DNA from: Specibacter sp.
GTDB lineage: Bacteria > Actinomycetota > Actinomycetes > Actinomycetales > Micrococcaceae
NCBI GenBank assembly: GCA_039932175.1
Contig: JBDTQM010000002.1
Coordinates: 136 to 64,135 of the forward strand
Direction of reading: 5' to 3'
DNA: 64,000 nt
Numbering within the stretch: the stretch's first letter is position 1; each line of letters opens with the position of its first letter. The notes beneath the pieces were generated by a model. It did no database searches. It saw only the letters and a program-made list of their open reading frames with translations, and was not told where the DNA came from. Below, piece after piece: positions 10,354-19,654 of this stretch. The translations under genes and the position numbers were made by a program.

Positions 10354-10701
10354 ATGATCATTGGGATTGGTGTAGACGTTGTTGATATTGAGCGCTTTGG
10401 GCGTCAGCTCGAGCGAACCCCGGGGTTGCTTGACAGGCTGTTTGTGCCGGCCGAACGCGGCCTGAACACGCAGTCGCTCGCGGCCCGGTTCGCCGCCAAG
10501 GAATCCGTGGCCAAGGCCCTGGGCGCTCCCGCCGGGATGAACTGGCAGGACTGCTGGATTGGCTTGGATGAGAACGGGCCCACCATCAACGTCACGGGCA
10601 CCGTGGCGGCCGTGGCCAAGTCCAAGGGCATCAAGCACTGGCACTTGTCCATGAGCCATGACGGCGGCATTTCCACGGCCATGGTGATAGCCGAAAGCTG
10701 A
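10354..10701 (+). CDS. acpS: Holo-ACP synthase
   Basis: [15 protein letters not shown]...[16 protein letters not shown]...HLSMSHDGG; TAGGCT lies 6 nt before the ATG. Confidence 0.95.
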   Translation: MIIGIGVDVVDIERFGRQLERTPGLLDRLFVPAERGLNTQSLAARFAAKESVAKALGAPAGMNWQDCWIGLDENGPTINVTGTVAAVAKSKGIKHWHLSMSHDGGISTAMVIAES

Positions 10702-10702
10702 C

Positions 10703-12208
10703 ATGCTCCACGCCTACTCAGCCGACGCCGTCCGTGCCGCCGAACAACCGCTCCTGGCGGCCGGGCGCGGGCCCGAACTCATGCGCACGGCAGCCCACGG
10801 CCTTGCCCTGGGCGTGGTCTCGGTGCTGCGCTCGCGCGGCAGGGGAGCCTACGGCGCCAAGGTGGTGCTGCTGGTCGGATCCGGCAACAACGGAGGCGAC
10901 GCCCTCTATGCAGGAGCCTTTCTGGCCGCCCGCGGCGCCCGGACGATGGCGCTGCTCGCCAGCGTGCGGACCCACCCCGAGGCGTTGCTGGCGTTTGAGC
11001 AGGCCGGCGGGCGTTGTGTTCCGCTGGGTGAAAGTGGCGCCCCGGCGGGCTTTCTGCGCGAAGCCCGGCAGGCCGACGTCGTCCTGGATGGCTTGCTGGG
11101 CACCGGCGGCAGCGGCGGCCTGCGGGAACCTGCGGCAACCGTGGTGGCGCAACTGGCCAAGCTCGCAGGCCCAAACAGGCCCGCAGTGGTGGCCTGCGAC
11201 CTCCCCAGCGGGGTGGATGCCACCACCGGAGAAGTACACGGCCCTGTGCTGCGCGCTGACCTGACGGTCACTTTTGGCGCCCACAAAACGGGCCTGCTGA
11301 GCGCTCCGGGAGAGCAGTTTGCCGGCACCACGGCCTTGGTGGACCTTGGCCTTGGCCGGCACCTGGGGCCGCCGGAATCGTTCCGGCTCGAAGCAGGCGA
11401 CATTGCTGCGCTCCTGCCGCAGCCAGCCCCCGCGGACCACAAGTACACCCGCGGCGTGGCAGGGGTGATCGCGGGCTCGGCGCAGTATCCGGGCGCCGCA
11501 CTGCTGGCCGTGGCCGCGGCGTCGGCCTGCGGGCCGGGGATGGTGCGCTATCTTGGCCCGGAGCCGGTAACTGCGGCCATCCATGTGCGAAACCCCGAAG
11601 TGGTGTGTTCGCACAGCTCGCCCCATGAGGTGCGGGTGCAGGCGTGGCTCGCCGGGCCCGGCATTGACGGGGATCAGGCGCAACTGGACCGTGCCGCCGC
11701 GGCGATTGCCTCGAGGCTGCCAACGGTGGTGGACGCTGCGGCCTTGGCGCTCGTGAAGCCAGGCAACAGTGGCGGGAATGAAAGCCTGGTCCTGACCCCG
11801 CACGCCGGGGAACTCTCGGCACTGCTGGCCCGCTGCGGCGTTTCCCTGGGCCGGGCCCGCATTGAGGCTTCCCCCTTGGCCGCAGCCCGCCAGGCCGCGG
11901 CGCTGCTCGGTGCTGTGGTGCTCCTGAAGGGGCCCACAACCATTGTGGCGGGACCCGACGGGCGCGTCTTCACCCAGGCAAACGGCACGCCCCGTCTGGC
12001 CGCTGCCGGGAGCGGGGACACCCTGGCCGGGATGCTGGTGGCCCTGCTGTCCATGACTGCCGAACCGCTTGACCTGGCCAGGACGGCTGCGCTGGCAGCG
12101 GCCCTCCACGGCCAGTTGGCGCAAACCGACGCCGACCAGCCTTTGAATGCCGCGATGCTGGCAGCACGCATCCCGCCCGTCTGGGCAGAACTCGGCCGGC
12201 AACACTGA
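10703..12208 (+). CDS. nnr: Bifunctional NAD(P)H-hydrate epimerase/dehydratase (YjeF family)
   Basis: GSGNNGGDA, DGLLGTG, DLPSGVDA, HKYTRG, VVDAAAL, LTPHAGEL, LLKGPTT, AAAGSGDTLAG. Confidence 0.92.
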   Translation: MLHAYSADAVRAAEQPLLAAGRGPELMRTAAHGLALGVVSVLRSRGRGAYGAKVVLLVGSGNNGGDALYAGAFLAARGARTMALLASVRTHPEALLAFEQAGGRCVPLGESGAPAGFLREARQADVVLDGLLGTGGSGGLREPAATVVAQLAKLAGPNRPAVVACDLPSGVDATTGEVHGPVLRADLTVTFGAHKTGLLSAPGEQFAGTTALVDLGLGRHLGPPESFRLEAGDIAALLPQPAPADHKYTRGVAGVIAGSAQYPGAALLAVAAASACGPGMVRYLGPEPVTAAIHVRNPEVVCSHSSPHEVRVQAWLAGPGIDGDQAQLDRAAAAIASRLPTVVDAAALALVKPGNSGGNESLVLTPHAGELSALLARCGVSLGRARIEASPLAAARQAAALLGAVVLLKGPTTIVAGPDGRVFTQANGTPRLAAAGSGDTLAGMLVALLSMTAEPLDLARTAALAAALHGQLAQTDADQPLNAAMLAARIPPVWAELGRQH

Positions 12209-12221
12209 CGCGAGGGGAATC

Positions 12222-14106
12222 GTGGAAATTTGGCCGGGCAAGGATCACCCGCTGGGCGCCCACGCAGATGCGGAAGGCACCAATTTTGCCTTGTTCAGCG
12301 ACGGGGCCCAGACGGTGCATTTGTGCCTTTTTGACGACGCCGGGGCAGAGACCCGCCTGCCGCTCACGGAAGTGGACGGCTACGTCTGGCACGGCTATGT
12401 TCCCGGGGTCGGGGCCGGCCCCTGTACGCCTACGACTTTGCCCATCCGCTGGCCCGCAATGATGAGGACTCGGCCGCCCACACATACCGTTCGGTGGTGG
12501 TGGCGGACAGCTTCGACTGGACGGACGCCAAGGGCCGCGACGACGCCCGACCGGGTGTTCGGTACCACCGGAGCGTCATTTACGAGGCCCATGTGAAGGG
12601 GCTGACGGCGCTGCACCCGGACGTCCCGGACCACCAGCGCGGCACCTATGCCGGCGTTGCCCACCCCGCTGTGGTGGCCCACCTGAAAAACTTGGGTGTG
12701 ACCGCCGTCGAACTCATGCCGGTGCACCAGTTTGTCCAGGACAACGCGCTGGCGGCCAAGGGGCTGCGCAACTACTGGGGCTACAACACCATTGGCTTCT
12801 TCGCCCCGCACAATGAGTACGCCGCCAGCAGTGACCCCTGCGGGCAGGTGCGCGAATTCAAGGAAATGGTCAAGGAACTGCACGCCAACGGCCTGGAGGT
12901 CATCCTGGATGTGGTGTACAACCACACGGCCGAAGGCAACCATTTGGGCCCCACCTTGTCCTTTGGGGGGATCGACAATGACGCCTACTACCGGCTGGTG
13001 GACGGGGACAAGGCGCACTATCTGGACTACACCGGGACAGGGAACTCCACGCGCTGCACCTCATCATGGACTCACTGCGGTACTGGGTGACCGAGATGCA
13101 CGTGAACGGCTTTCGCTTTGATTTGGCGGCGACGTTGGCCCGGGAATTTTATGATGTGGACAAGCTGTCGACGTTCTTTGAAATGGTGCAGCAGGATCCC
13201 GTTGTCTCCTTGGCCAAATTGATTGCGGAGCCGTGGGATCTGGGTCTCCGCGGCTATCAGGTGGGCAACTTCCCGCCGCAGTGGACCGAGTGGAACGGCA
13301 AATTCCGGGACACAGTGAGGGACTTTTGGCGCGGCGAACCGGCCACCCTGGGCGAATTCGCCACCCGGCTCACGGGCTCCTCGGACTTGTACGGGCACTC
13401 GGGGCGCCGGCCCGTGGCGTCCACCAACTTTGTCACCGCCCACGACGGCTTCACCCTGGCCGTCCTCGTCAGCTACAACAACAAGCACAATGAGGCCAAC
13501 GGGGAGGAGAACCGGGACGGGGAATCCCACAACCGCTCCTGGAACTTTGGGGTGGAGGGCCCCACCGACGACGCCGAAATCCTGGCGTTGCGGGCCCGCC
13601 AGCAACGCAACTTCCCCACCACCTTGCTGCTGTCCCAGGGCGTCCCCATGATCCTGCACGGGGACGAACTGGGCAGGACCCAACACGGGAACAACAACGC
13701 CTAAACCCAGGATTCGCCGCTGGCCTGGATCAACTGGGAAGCTGCGGACACGGAGTTGGAGGGTTTTGTCTCCCGGCTGGGACGGTTGCGGGCAGCGCAC
13801 CCCGTATACCGCCGTCGCCGGTTCTTCAGCGGGCGGCCCGTGGATCGCGGGGACGACGCCGAACTGCCGGACATTGTGTGGCTGCGTCCCGACTCGGCCG
13901 CCAGGACAGGGACCGATTGGGACAATGCCTTTGGCCGCTGCATTGGCGTTTACCTCAATGGGGACGGCAGCCCCGACTGTGACGACCGGCGCTGGGAGGT
14001 GGAGATCCACACCGGCGTCCCCATGGCCAGCCACTTCGGTGCAGGGGAGGTGGTCTCCGTGGCAGCGCGGTCGACAGTTGTATTGCGGGCCGCAGACAGG
14101 ATCTGA
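12222..14106 (+). pseudogene. glgX: Glycogen debranching enzyme GlgX, disrupted
   Basis: GlgX motifs ([50 protein letters not shown]) split over three frames with breaks at ~12420 and ~13049, an in-frame TAA at 13702 in the NNA[Y]xQD motif, and a shortened C-terminus. Confidence 0.92.
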
Positions 14107-14217
14107 TGCTGGCGTGGCACGGGCGCCGGCTCCCCGGCTGCGGGCCCGTCAGGGTGTGTCTGGCAGGACCACCCAAATGGCAGGTGGCGGGGTGCCGGTG
14201 ATGGCAAGATAACAGGT

Positions 14218-15255
14218 ATGACTTTTCATGCAGCGGAAAACCGTTACGAGACCATGCCCTACCGCCGTGTTGGACGCAGCGGGCTGAAATTGCCAGCCAT
14301 TTCGCTGGGCCTGTGGCACAACTTTGGTGACGATAAATCCTTTGGTGTGCAGCGGGACATCCTGCGCCGCGCCTTCGACCTGGGTGTCACCCATTTCGAC
14401 CTGGCCAACAATTACGGGCCGCAGGCCGGCAGCGCGGAAACCAACTTTGGCCGCCACTTCAAGGATGACTTTGCCGCGCACCGCAACGAACTGGTCATCT
14501 CCACCAAGGCCGGCTATTTGATGTGGCCAGGCCCGTACGGCGAGTGGGGCTCCCGCAAGAGCCTGCTCTCCAGCCTGGACGAGTCGCTGACCCGCATGGG
14601 CCTGGACTATGTTGACATCTTCTACAGCCACCGCCCCGACCCGGAAACGCCCATGGAGGAAACCATGGGCGCGCTGGATTACGCGGTGCGCTCCGGAAAG
14701 GCCCTGTACGCGGGCATTTCCTCCTACACGCCGGCCCAAACACTGGAGGCTGCCCGCATCCTGAAGGAAATGGGCACTCCGCTGCTCATCCACCAGCCGT
14801 CCTACTCCATGCTGAACCGCTGGACGGAAAACGGCGAACCCAATCTATATGAAGCGCTCGACGCCGTCGGCGCCGGTTCCATCGCCTTCTCGCCGTTGGC
14901 ACAGGGCGTGCTCACCGACCGTTACCTGAAGGGAATCCCGTCCGATTCCCGTGCGGCCAAGGAGCACTTCCTGAGCGAAAACGACCTCACCGCGGAAAAG
15001 ATGGACCGCGTGCGCGGGCTCAATGACATTGCCGCCAGCCGCGAACAGTCGCTGGCACAGATGGCCATCGCCTGGATTCTGCGTGACCAGCCCAAGGGCA
15101 CCCCCGTCACCTCGGCCCTGGTGGGTGCCTCGAGCGTGGCGCAGCTGGAAAACAACATTGCGGCCATCAACAACCTGGAATTTAGCGCAGCCGAGCTGCA
15201 AGCCATTGATGAGTTCGCCGTCGAGTCCGACATCAACAGGTGGGCGCAAAAGTAG
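14218..15255 (+). CDS. Aldo/keto reductase (YghZ/MgrA, L-glyceraldehyde-3-phosphate reductase-like)
   Basis: SLGLWHNFG, THFDLANNYGP, ISTKAGY, YVDIFYSHRPD, LIHQPSYSMLNR. Confidence 0.9.
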   Translation: MTFHAAENRYETMPYRRVGRSGLKLPAISLGLWHNFGDDKSFGVQRDILRRAFDLGVTHFDLANNYGPQAGSAETNFGRHFKDDFAAHRNELVISTKAGYLMWPGPYGEWGSRKSLLSSLDESLTRMGLDYVDIFYSHRPDPETPMEETMGALDYAVRSGKALYAGISSYTPAQTLEAARILKEMGTPLLIHQPSYSMLNRWTENGEPNLYEALDAVGAGSIAFSPLAQGVLTDRYLKGIPSDSRAAKEHFLSENDLTAEKMDRVRGLNDIAASREQSLAQMAIAWILRDQPKGTPVTSALVGASSVAQLENNIAAINNLEFSAAELQAIDEFAVESDINRWAQK

Positions 15256-15292
15256 CGCTCCCGGTGGCCATGTGACAAAACTTTCAGCAACG

Positions 15293-15327
15293 CTGCTGCC
15301 CCGGGGGGAACAAATTCGGGGCAGCAG
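15293..15327. terminator. 11-bp stem hairpin between the AKR gene and the ino1 promoter
   Basis: CTGCTGCCCCG-N13-CGGGGCAGCAG. Confidence 0.45.
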
Positions 15328-15478
15328 AAGTTGTCTAGAATGGTTAAGGGCGCCGTTGGGGCGTCAGGTCCGGTCGAAATAGCCGTGCGTCGTGTCTTTA
15401 TGTCAACCGTGAAGGCGTGCGTCGACCTATCACCACAAGTGTGAGAGCCGGACCCTGTGAGTTTTATGAAGGAGTTCC

Positions 15479-16558
15479 GTGTCCAATCATCCTATTCGGG
15501 TTGCCATCGTAGGCGTAGGAAACTGTGCCGCATCGTTGGTACAGGGTGTCCAGTACTACCAGAACGCTGACCCCAGCGCGAAGGTTCCGGGCTTGATGCA
15601 TGTTGAGTTCGGCAAGTACCACGTCAATGACGTGCAGTTTGTGGCAGCATTCGACGTTGACAGCAAAAAGGTGGGCCTGGATCTTTCCGAGGCCATCGGT
15701 GCCAGCGAGAACAACACCATCAAGATTGCGGACGTTCCCAACTTGAACGTGCCAGTTCTGCGTGGAACCACGCTGGACGGCTTGGGCAAGTACTACCGCG
15801 AGACCATCGTGGAATCCGATGCAACCCCCGTGGACGTTGTGGCAACCCTGAAGGCAGCCAACGTTGACGTCATGGTCTGCTACCTGCCCGTTGGCTCGGA
15901 AGCCGCTGCGAAGTTCTACGCCCAGTGCGCCATCGACGCAGGCGTTGGCTTTGTCAACGCCCTGCCCGTCTTCATTGCCGGCACCAAGGAATGGGCCGAC
16001 AAGTTCACCGCCGCCGGCGTGCCGATCGTTGGTGATGACATCAAGAGCCAGATCGGTGCCACCATCACGCACCGCGTCATGGCGAAACTCTTCGAAGACC
16101 GCGGCGTCGTTTTGGACCGCACCTACCAGCTCAACGTTGGTGGCAACATGGACTTCAAGAACATGCTCGAGCGAGAGCGCCTGGAATCCAAGAAGATCTC
16201 CAAGACCCAGGCCGTCACCTCCAACACCTCAGCCGTGTTGGGCGAGGACGACGTCCACATTGGTCCGTCGGACTACGTGGCCTGGCTTGATGATAGGAAG
16301 TGGGCCTTCGTCCGCTTGGAAGGCCGCAACTTCGGTGACGCCCCCGTGTCCCTGGAGTACAAGCTTGAAGTATGGGATTCACCCAACTCGGCAGGTGTCA
16401 TCATCGACGCCATCCGTGCGGCGAAGATCGCCCTGGACCGCGGAATCGGCGGACCCATCCTGTCAGCATCCAGCTACTTCATGAAGTCCCCGCCGGAGCA
16501 GTACGCGGACGACGTGGCCCACGAAAAGGTCGAAGCCTTCATCCGGGGCGAAATCTAA
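15479..16558 (+). CDS. ino1: myo-Inositol-1-phosphate synthase
   Basis: [64 protein letters not shown]; AAGGAG RBS. Confidence 0.96.
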   Translation: MSNHPIRVAIVGVGNCAASLVQGVQYYQNADPSAKVPGLMHVEFGKYHVNDVQFVAAFDVDSKKVGLDLSEAIGASENNTIKIADVPNLNVPVLRGTTLDGLGKYYRETIVESDATPVDVVATLKAANVDVMVCYLPVGSEAAAKFYAQCAIDAGVGFVNALPVFIAGTKEWADKFTAAGVPIVGDDIKSQIGATITHRVMAKLFEDRGVVLDRTYQLNVGGNMDFKNMLERERLESKKISKTQAVTSNTSAVLGEDDVHIGPSDYVAWLDDRKWAFVRLEGRNFGDAPVSLEYKLEVWDSPNSAGVIIDAIRAAKIALDRGIGGPILSASSYFMKSPPEQYADDVAHEKVEAFIRGEI

Positions 16559-16570
16559 CACCATCTTTCA

Positions 16571-16667
16571 ACGCTATCGCAGCAATGGTGTGTTTTTCCC
16601 TGACGCTATCGCAGCAATGGCTGAATATTGCAGAACGCTCTCTCACTCTTGTGGGGGAGCGTTCTGC
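16571..16667 (+). repeat. Left repeat array (18-bp unit, 32-bp period)
   Basis: ACGCTATCGCAGCAATGG at 16571 and 16603, variant ACGCTCTCTCAC at 16635, and an inverted variant ending at 16662 forming a hairpin (16630-16667). Confidence 0.9.
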
Positions 16668-16715
16668 TGTCCGGGAGTTTGCGCACGGGTTCGTGCCGGA
16701 CGGCGGCGGCGTGGC

Positions 16716-17666
16716 TCAGCTGCCGGACGCAAAGCCGGAGGAAATGGCGGGGTCCACCCAGGCCTGCCGCAGGGAGCTTTTGATGCGGCGCACTGCATCG
16801 CGGAAACCGTCCGCCAAATCGTCGTCGGTGAAGACCAGCACGGTCCAGCCGGCAGCCCTGAAAGCTTTGTCTCTTCGCAAGTCGCTGTGCCGCTGAAGCT
16901 CGTCAAGGTGATGGGCGCCGTCGTATTGCAGGGCGATCCGCCGGGAGCGGTAGCCGGCGTCAGCCGATGGGCTGCCGGGCCGGTTCCATAGGGTGAGCTG
17001 CAAGTCGGGCTCCGGCAGGCCGGCGTCGAGCATGGCGAGCCGCAGGAGGGTTTCCGGGCTGGAATCGGCGCCCACGCGCATGCGGTCCAGGGCTTCGCGG
17101 GCCCGGACAATTCCTTGCATGTTTCCATGCCGCCCCACCGTTGCCCGCAGTGAATCGAGGGTGGCGTAAGGCGACCGGCGCCCTTCGAATTCGGGCCGCG
17201 GGATGCGGATGAGCTGGTCGCCCATGCACACAAGATCCTTGAGTGGCAGTATGCGGGCCAGATCAAGCCAGGTGCGGGCCCGGGTGCTGATGGGCAACCC
17301 GTCGTCGAGCTCAATCTCGTCGGGGAAGAAAAGCGTTTTGTGGGCGGTGATTCCGTGGCGCCGGACTTCAGGTGTTTTTCTGGGCTTGCTCAGATGCAGC
17401 GCGTTGGAATCGCCCAGCCACGGGGGAAGCACCAATTGGTGCAGCCTTGCCGCCGTGGAATGCGAAATCCACGCCCCGGGCGACACTGCGCAAAGGGCCC
17501 TTGCCGCCTCCCGCAGCTCGAAGTCCCAGCCGACTGGACGATACAGCCCGTAGCTGACGCCCGCTACGCCCTTGCCACGCAGCCGGTGGCGTGCCAGCCC
17601 CAGCGACTGGGCCTCTGCCCGCGTGAAAGGGCCGGTTGGGATGCTGAATGCGCCGCTGGAATCCAT
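16716..17666 (-). CDS. AbiEi-like N-terminal domain plus DUF559/Vsr-like PD-(D/E)XK nuclease-fold protein
   Basis: AWISHSTAARLH and STRARTWLDLAR (AbiEi-type region), then SSPETLLRL...PEPDLQ...ADAGY...IALQYDGAHH...RRDKAFRAAGWTVLVF; ATG at 17666. Confidence 0.75.
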   Translation of the reverse strand: MDSSGAFSIPTGPFTRAEAQSLGLARHRLRGKGVAGVSYGLYRPVGWDFELREAARALCAVSPGAWISHSTAARLHQLVLPPWLGDSNALHLSKPRKTPEVRRHGITAHKTLFFPDEIELDDGLPISTRARTWLDLARILPLKDLVCMGDQLIRIPRPEFEGRRSPYATLDSLRATVGRHGNMQGIVRAREALDRMRVGADSSPETLLRLAMLDAGLPEPDLQLTLWNRPGSPSADAGYRSRRIALQYDGAHHLDELQRHSDLRRDKAFRAAGWTVLVFTDDDLADGFRDAVRRIKSSLRQAWVDPAISSGFASGS

Positions 17667-17705
17667 GAACACATTCTGGCGCAAGTGGGCCGCCGGCGTG
17701 CAAAG

Positions 17706-17714
17706 TTATCCACA
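17706..17714 (+). promoter_or_regulatory. Perfect DnaA-box consensus upstream of the DUF559 gene
   Basis: TTATCCACA lies 40 nt upstream of ATG 17666; CAGAAT sits 6 nt before that ATG on the minus strand. Confidence 0.4.
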
Positions 17715-17760
17715 GCCAAGCAGTGACCGCTGCCCGCGGCTGTTTGAGCGGCGGACAGCG

Positions 17761-17836
17761 GTGCGAAAGCATCGCGAAAAATCCAGCCATTGCTGCGATA
17801 GCGTCAGGGAAAAACACACCATTGCTGCGATAGCGT
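17761..17836 (-). repeat. Right repeat array (inverted, 32-bp period)
   Basis: CCATTGCTGCGATAGCGT ending at 17804 and 17836; degenerate GTGCGAAAGCAT ending at 17772. Confidence 0.9.
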
Positions 17837-17846
17837 CACGGAGAGG

Positions 17847-18725
17847 CTATTTGATGGATCCTCTCATGACGCCGGAGATGACCCAGCGCTGGGCGAATAG
17901 GTAGATCAGGAGCAGCGGAGCCATGGCCATGAGGTAGGAGGCGAAGGCGGTTGTGTAGTCGGTGTTGAACTGGCCTTGGAAGATGTACTGCACCAGGGGC
18001 AGCGTGCGTGTGGTGGGATCGGAGAGGATCACCAGTGGCAGCAGGAAGTCATTCCACGCCCACAGGCAGGTCAGGATGCCCACGGTGGCATTGATGGGGG
18101 TCAGGATCGGGAAGATCACCTTGCGGAAAGTGGTCCAGACGCTGGCCCCGTCCATGATGGCGGCCTCTTCCAGCTCGGCCGGGATGGACTTGATGAAGGC
18201 CGTGTAGACAAAGATGTTGAAGCTCAGGCCATAGACCGTATACAGCAGGAACAAGCCCACCGGATTGTCCAGGCCCAGGACAGCCATTTCCTTGGTCACT
18301 GGCAGCATGATGATGGGGAATGGCACAAACAACGCGGCGATGAAGAAGTAGTACAGCGCCTTGAAGAACGGGCGGTGCATGTTCCGGGCAATGGCGTAGG
18401 CCACGAGGGAGTTTGTCAGGATGGTCAAGATGACCGCCGCCACCGTCACTATGCCGGAGATCAGCAGCGCATTGGGGAAATTGGTCAGTTTCCACGCGTT
18501 GGAGAAGTTCTCCAGGTGAATGCTGGTGGGCAGTGCCAGGCCATTGCCGCCGAGTTGGTCTGACGATTTCAAGGCCGTGACGATGGTGAAGTACAGCGGA
18601 ATCAACACCGTCAGGGACAGTACCGCAACCAGGATGGTCAAGGGCACGTTGACTGAGGAACGACGCCGGGCCTTGGCCGGGGTGCCGGTTGTCGCCTCTG
18701 TTGTGCTTGGGGTGAGTGTGCTCAT
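17847..18725 (-). CDS. Carbohydrate ABC transporter permease (MsmG-like)
   Basis: EAA loop IPAELEEAAIMDGAS; six hydrophobic segments; WAWNDFLLP. Confidence 0.92.
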   Translation of the reverse strand: MSTLTPSTTEATTGTPAKARRRSSVNVPLTILVAVLSLTVLIPLYFTIVTALKSSDQLGGNGLALPTSIHLENFSNAWKLTNFPNALLISGIVTVAAVILTILTNSLVAYAIARNMHRPFFKALYYFFIAALFVPFPIIMLPVTKEMAVLGLDNPVGLFLLYTVYGLSFNIFVYTAFIKSIPAELEEAAIMDGASVWTTFRKVIFPILTPINATVGILTCLWAWNDFLLPLVILSDPTTRTLPLVQYIFQGQFNTDYTTAFASYLMAMAPLLLIYLFAQRWVISGVMRGSIK

Positions 18726-19651
18726 GAGAAATCAGCCTCCTTGCGCGAAAGGACGCGCAGCTGCAGTAGGGAAAGCACCACAATGACCACCAGATACACC
18801 ACGGAGTTGGCCATTTGGTAGCCGTATTCCCCGCCTTGGAAGCCGCCACGGTAGATGACCATGGCCACGGATTCGGTGGAGGTGCCGGGGCCACCGTTGG
18901 TCAGGGCCACAATCTGGTCGAACGCCTGCAGCAGGCCCTTGAGCGCCAGCACCATGTTGATGGTGAAGAAGCCGGAGATCAGCGGGAAAGTGATGGAGGC
19001 GAACTGGCGCCACGGTGAGGCCCCGTCCAGGCTTGCGGCTTCGTACAGTTCTCCGGGGACCGTTTGCAGCCCGGCCAGGTAGATGATGACGCTGAAGGCG
19101 ATGGACTGCCACGCCGTCACGCCAACAATTCCCAGCCAGGCCAGGTCGGGGTTGGCCAGGATGGAGGTCGAGAGCCACTTGATGCCCAGCGCCTGGCCAA
19201 TCAGGGGCAGGTTGTTGGAGATCAGGTAGTTGAAGACGTAGCCAACAATGAGCACCGAGAGGATGTTGGGGATGAAGAAGATCCCGCGGAACGTTGTCTG
19301 GAACTTGATCTTGGAGTTGAGCAGGATCGCTATGAATAACGCGCCAACGTTCACCACAATGGTGGTGGTGACGGCAAACAGGAACGTGAAGCCGTAGGAG
19401 GCCATGATCCTGTCATCCTTGAACAGGTTCAGGTAGTTGGACAGTCCCACAAAGTCCCACTCGCCGTAGCCGGCGTAGTTGGTGAAGCTATAGAACATGC
19501 CTGTCAGAGTGGGGAGGGTGTGCAAGATGACGAACAGGACCAGTGCCGGCACCACCATCCAGTAAAACGTCTTGTTGGCCCGGGAGGGGCGCCGGCGTTG
19601 CAGTCCGGCTGTGCTGCGGGGCTTCATTGCCTTGGCCGTTGTTGTGGTCAT
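18722..19651 (-). CDS. Carbohydrate ABC transporter permease (MsmF-like)
   Basis: YSFTNYAG..DFVGLSNY; LQTVPGELYEAASLDGAS; TNGGPG. Confidence 0.92.
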   Translation of the reverse strand: MTTTTAKAMKPRSTAGLQRRRPSRANKTFYWMVVPALVLFVILHTLPTLTGMFYSFTNYAGYGEWDFVGLSNYLNLFKDDRIMASYGFTFLFAVTTTIVVNVGALFIAILLNSKIKFQTTFRGIFFIPNILSVLIVGYVFNYLISNNLPLIGQALGIKWLSTSILANPDLAWLGIVGVTAWQSIAFSVIIYLAGLQTVPGELYEAASLDGASPWRQFASITFPLISGFFTINMVLALKGLLQAFDQIVALTNGGPGTSTESVAMVIYRGGFQGGEYGYQMANSVVYLVVIVVLSLLQLRVLSRKEADFS

Positions 19652-19654
19652 GAG

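Larger units (their letters stand above)
16571..17836. mobile_element. Putative repeat-bounded element: AbiEi-like/DUF559 nuclease gene between 53-bp perfect terminal inverted repeats
   Basis: 16571-16623 is the exact reverse complement of 17784-17836; the element fills the space between the stops of convergent ino1 and the ABC permease. No target-site duplication was seen. Confidence 0.6.

Noticed and set aside
16571-16667. 32-bp periodic repeats as a mini-CRISPR array
   Set aside because: The units are only 18 bp with 14-bp spacers, are mirrored as inverted copies, and no cas genes are present.
16716-17666. Calling the DUF559 gene a type IV toxin-antitoxin or abortive-infection system
   Set aside because: There is no adjacent AbiEii nucleotidyltransferase toxin, so only the domain resemblance is supported.
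16559-17846. Classical IS element with a target-site duplication
   Set aside because: No DDE, HUH or serine/tyrosine recombinase motif, and the flanks (CTTTCA / CACGGA) show no duplication.
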